Assembly (NCBI GenBank): GCA_964538765.1
Contig: CAZIHS010000002.1
Location: forward strand, 1,327 to 65,326
DNA from: an uncultured Gammaproteobacteria bacterium
GTDB taxonomy: Bacteria > Patescibacteriota > Microgenomatia > UBA12405
Reading direction: 5' to 3'
DNA: 64,000 nucleotides
Below are positions 60,823 through 64,000 of this stretch, piece by piece. The position numbers and the translations under genes were made by a program. The notes beneath the pieces are model-generated. The model worked only from the letters and a program-made list of their open reading frames with translations, was not told the origin of the DNA and did no database searches. Position 1 is the stretch's first letter. Each line of letters begins with the position of its first letter.

Positions 60823-61972
60823 ACTACTTTTTATTTTTAACCAGCTTCTATTTCCCTGTTTAATGAGCGGCGGTGATGTTAAAGGTCACCAAGTCTACAC
60901 GCTGGTATGCCAATCAAAAATATTCGACCCGTCAGTGGTCACCCCCTCATCCAGCCAAAATCTCTTTCCCCAAAACCCAAAAAATAACGTTAAGGTAATC
61001 GGCAATCCTGTCGGCAAACCATATTTAGTTAACCGTTTCTGGGTTACCTTGTATTACATACTTCGTGCTTTCCACACCATCCCCAAAATTATTACCAGAA
61101 ATTTTGATTCCATCTACACCACCGGCGATTTCTTTTGCAACACCTTCCCGGCCTATATCTATAAAATTACCCATCCAAAGTGCCGTTGGAATGCCTGCGT
61201 TTTCCACTTAAATCCAAAGCCAAGCAACAGGCAAAATACCTATTTTAATAGCCTGTTTTCCTACATTTTTCAAAAAGTAGGCATATTCTTTATTAATTCA
61301 AAAGCCGACAATGTTTTTCTTCTAAACCACCAAATCCGCCACCAGTTGGTTATTCAAAATTTTCGTCCAAATATGGTAGTTTCGGGGGCAGGTATCGATT
61401 CAAGCCACATATTAGCAAACACCCCTAAAATAACCTCTCCCCAGCCCCATTCCTTGCTTTTTCTGGGTCGGATCTGCCAAACCAAAGGAGCTCTAGACTT
61501 GCCCCTTATCTTAAGCAAAATTAAAAATATATATCCGGATACCCACCTAAACATGGTCGGCACTCCAGACATGTCAATATTAAATAAACTTAAAGACTCA
61601 TTTAATTCACTCGGCCTGAATAGCAACTACACCCTCCACAACTATGTAGCCGACAAAACTAAATACCGGTTAATAAAAGAATCAGAAGTGTGTATTTTCC
61701 CTTCATATGAGGAAGGCTGGAACATCTCGCTATTTGAATGCTTGTTTTTAAAAAGATTTTCCCTCGTTTACAAACTTAATTTTTACCGCCCGATTTTTAA
61801 AACGAATTTAATCCAAGTCCCTCTCGGAAACAAAAATCAATTTTCCAAAACTGTTGTCGATTATTTTATCAACCCTTCGTCTTTTGCTAAAAACATTTCT
61901 GCCTGCCACCGCATTTCACGTCAATACCAATGGCGCAACGTCTATAACAAAGAACTCCCTTTTCTTTTCTAG
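60803..61972 (+). CDS. GT4-like (GT-B fold) glycosyltransferase
   Basis: C-terminal 'LLFLGRICQTKG...CIFPSYEEGWNISLFECLF' resembles the GT4 EX7E region. The N-terminal domain is divergent. Confidence 0.5.
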   Translation: MEKAKPKLLFIFNQLLFPCLMSGGDVKGHQVYTLVCQSKIFDPSVVTPSSSQNLFPQNPKNNVKVIGNPVGKPYLVNRFWVTLYYILRAFHTIPKIITRNFDSIYTTGDFFCNTFPAYIYKITHPKCRWNACVFHLNPKPSNRQNTYFNSLFSYIFQKVGIFFINSKADNVFLLNHQIRHQLVIQNFRPNMVVSGAGIDSSHILANTPKITSPQPHSLLFLGRICQTKGALDLPLILSKIKNIYPDTHLNMVGTPDMSILNKLKDSFNSLGLNSNYTLHNYVADKTKYRLIKESEVCIFPSYEEGWNISLFECLFLKRFSLVYKLNFYRPIFKTNLIQVPLGNKNQFSKTVVDYFINPSSFAKNISACHRISRQYQWRNVYNKELPFLF

Positions 61973-63678
61973 CTTCCCCCAACCTGTTTACTAATTTCAA
62001 CCATTGCTCCCAATGCTGACTGGTTTTTTGGATCCAATTCTAGCGATTTTTTAAACGACCTTATTGCCTCATCTCTTTGGCCAAGCCTTGACAAAACCAC
62101 TCCATAAACAAACCAAGACTGGGAACTGTTCGGCGTTTTTTGAACTAAAGTCACCACATGTTTTACCGCCTGCTCGGCATTTTTTTCAATGAGATCAATC
62201 TGTACTAAACTCATATATGTTTGATAGAGATCAGGATTGAAACTTATTGCGGTTTCATAGCTTTGCCTGGCCAAATCGTATCGGCCCATTTTAAAAAATA
62301 TATTGGCCCGGTTATGATACGCATCAGCATAGTTACTCTTAACCACCGTTGATTGGGTAAAACCCTTTACAGCACTTTCTAAATCATTAAGTTTGTCATA
62401 GTCATCGCCTATATTATTCCACGCATTATGACTATTCGGAGACACCTGTACCGTATTCACCCAAAGCTTATGGTTTGTTTGCCAATCGATGTTTCTCAAA
62501 AATATTCTGTATCCATAAAACCCGCAAACAACAATCAGCGCCCCCAACGCCAAACGCGCACTTCGTTTCTCCAACGCCTCAAATATGATTCCAACCAGCA
62601 TTGCCGCACCCAAAGAACCCAAAAACATGTATCTCTCGGCTACTAACCAGCTAACTTTTAACGGGGTCATTGAGGGAGCCGCCGCCAAAAATATAAATAC
62701 CAGTGCAAAAAACATCCTTTTATTCTTAAAAAGAAAATATCCCGCCGCTGACAAATATGTAATCAAAATAGACCAGTTCAACCAAGAAGGGATAACAAAC
62801 AGAGTGTGATATAAAGTTAAATCAACCGGAAAAAATATTAACTGGAGATATTTAGAAACAGATAAAGGATATTGGAAAAAAGGGCTATAAAGCATATCTC
62901 CAAGGCCGCTGACACCACCGTTGACTGCCTGGATTCTAAATTTAATTAGAGGATACATGATCAAAGAAAACAAAAAAACCATCAAAAGCGAAACCAGAGC
63001 AACCCTAGCAAAACTAAAATTCTTACGTATTCTAACCCCGAATAAAAATATATACGCCAAACCTATCAAAACCGCTGAACCAAATCTTGTTTTTTCCGCT
63101 AAAAAATTAATTGGAAATAAAAGTACAACCAACTTCAGGTATCGTTTATTTCCAGTCCTTTCATATAAAGATAGAAAAATCAGCTCTAATAATACAAAAA
63201 AGGCATTAAGTAAATATGGCTTACCGGACACCCAGCTAACCGCTTCAACATGAATTGGAAAAAAACTAAATACCAGAATTGTATAAAACACAGCTCTGCT
63301 GTCAGAAATTATACGTAACCAGATAAACGCTAAAGTTATTACCACCAAGTAAAGGCAAAGACTGAAAATATGGTAAGGAACTGGGTTTTGGTTTCCAAAA
63401 AACGAAGCGATAAACGCATTAATCGTTAAGGGCAAGCTAATCTGCTTTATGGCGCCAACCACGTTACCCGCTTCAGGGTTCTGACTGATAGTCGCGTAAT
63501 CATCTGAAACAAAATGACCCCAAAGACCGTTCACATAAACAACAGATACTAAAAAGTACAATACCATCAAAAACCTTAAATTCCGCCTGACAACTCCAAT
63601 AACATCAAAATTGACAACATTTTCAGTCACCAAAACACTTTTTTTTTCAATTCTTTTAAGCTTATTTTTCTTGGACAT
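61969..63678 (-). CDS. TMTC-like GT-C membrane glycosyltransferase with C-terminal TPR repeats
   Basis: N-terminal polytopic domain with a 'GLWGHFVSDDYATISQ' loop (DD variant of the DE motif) and about 10 TM helices. The last ~170 aa contain 3-4 TPR units ('AWNNIGDDY...AYHNRANIFFKMGRYDLARQSYETAISFNPD...'). Confidence 0.6.
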   Translation of the reverse strand: MSKKNKLKRIEKKSVLVTENVVNFDVIGVVRRNLRFLMVLYFLVSVVYVNGLWGHFVSDDYATISQNPEAGNVVGAIKQISLPLTINAFIASFFGNQNPVPYHIFSLCLYLVVITLAFIWLRIISDSRAVFYTILVFSFFPIHVEAVSWVSGKPYLLNAFFVLLELIFLSLYERTGNKRYLKLVVLLFPINFLAEKTRFGSAVLIGLAYIFLFGVRIRKNFSFARVALVSLLMVFLFSLIMYPLIKFRIQAVNGGVSGLGDMLYSPFFQYPLSVSKYLQLIFFPVDLTLYHTLFVIPSWLNWSILITYLSAAGYFLFKNKRMFFALVFIFLAAAPSMTPLKVSWLVAERYMFLGSLGAAMLVGIIFEALEKRSARLALGALIVVCGFYGYRIFLRNIDWQTNHKLWVNTVQVSPNSHNAWNNIGDDYDKLNDLESAVKGFTQSTVVKSNYADAYHNRANIFFKMGRYDLARQSYETAISFNPDLYQTYMSLVQIDLIEKNAEQAVKHVVTLVQKTPNSSQSWFVYGVVLSRLGQRDEAIRSFKKSLELDPKNQSALGAMVEISKQVGGS

Positions 63679-63738
63679 ACCAACAGCTATAATCTTACCA
63701 AATCGTTTTACCTAATTTCCAACCCCAATCATTTCAAA

Positions 63739-63996
63739 TCAAAACATATCTCTAAAAAATCCTGCCACCTTATGGGCACTGTGCCTCAATCTGAAATTTA
63801 AATCGTCAACAATAATTAAGTCAGCCACAACGGTACTAATATCACAATTAACATCGTGTTTTATTGGAAAAGAATGTTCCATGCTATATAACTTCAAAAC
63901 CTCAGTAAGCAGTTTCCTATCAAGTTTTGACAGATCAGCCATAACAATCATATCTAACCTTAATTTAGCCCCCAGATATTTTTTCAAAAGTTTCAC
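63739..63996 (-). CDS. Hypothetical small protein
   Basis: 85 aa ORF adjacent to the window edge. No recognisable motif. Confidence 0.25.
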   Translation of the reverse strand: MKLLKKYLGAKLRLDMIVMADLSKLDRKLLTEVLKLYSMEHSFPIKHDVNCDISTVVADLIIVDDLNFRLRHSAHKVAGFFRDMF

Positions 63997-64000
63997 ATAG

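Overview
Low-GC (~40%) bacterial window, gene-dense, mostly + strand, with short intergenic spacers and weak or absent Shine-Dalgarno signals. TGA is used as a stop codon and a full RF2 gene is present, so this is the standard genetic code. The gene content suggests a Candidate-Phyla-Radiation/Patescibacteria-like organism with a Gram-positive-type envelope (LCP ligase, sortase-type sorting signal, lipoprotein cyclophilin, no outer-membrane genes). This lineage call is inference only.

The first ~15 kb holds housekeeping genes: SerS 3' end, SecA, a PNPOx-like protein, an orphan receiver domain, HIT, TypA/BipA, cyclophilin, a CxxC thiol oxidoreductase, RF2, LCP, a methyltransferase, and the FtsE-FtsX-M23 division module.

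From ~15.7 kb to the end of the window, about 48 kb is a single glycosylation island. It contains at least 14 GT-C-fold polytopic membrane glycosyltransferases: PMT_2/ArnT-like proteins with an N-terminal (D/N)(D/E) loop motif, a second GT-C subfamily, two YfhO-like paralogs, a DUF2029/GT87-like protein and a TPR-fused TMTC-like protein. It also contains three polyprenyl-phosphate-sugar synthase-type GT2s, about 10 further GT2s, three GT4s and a Wzx-like flippase. At the 3' end there is a tailoring sub-cluster with two B12-binding radical SAM enzymes, a SAM methyltransferase and a NodU/CmcH-type carbamoyltransferase.

This looks like an undescribed extracytoplasmic, lipid-carrier-dependent glycan or protein-glycosylation assembly line with heavy paralog expansion. 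A second notable item is the M23 peptidase next to ftsEX, whose catalytic domain appears circularly permuted. No CRISPR array, tRNA/rRNA gene or transposase was found.
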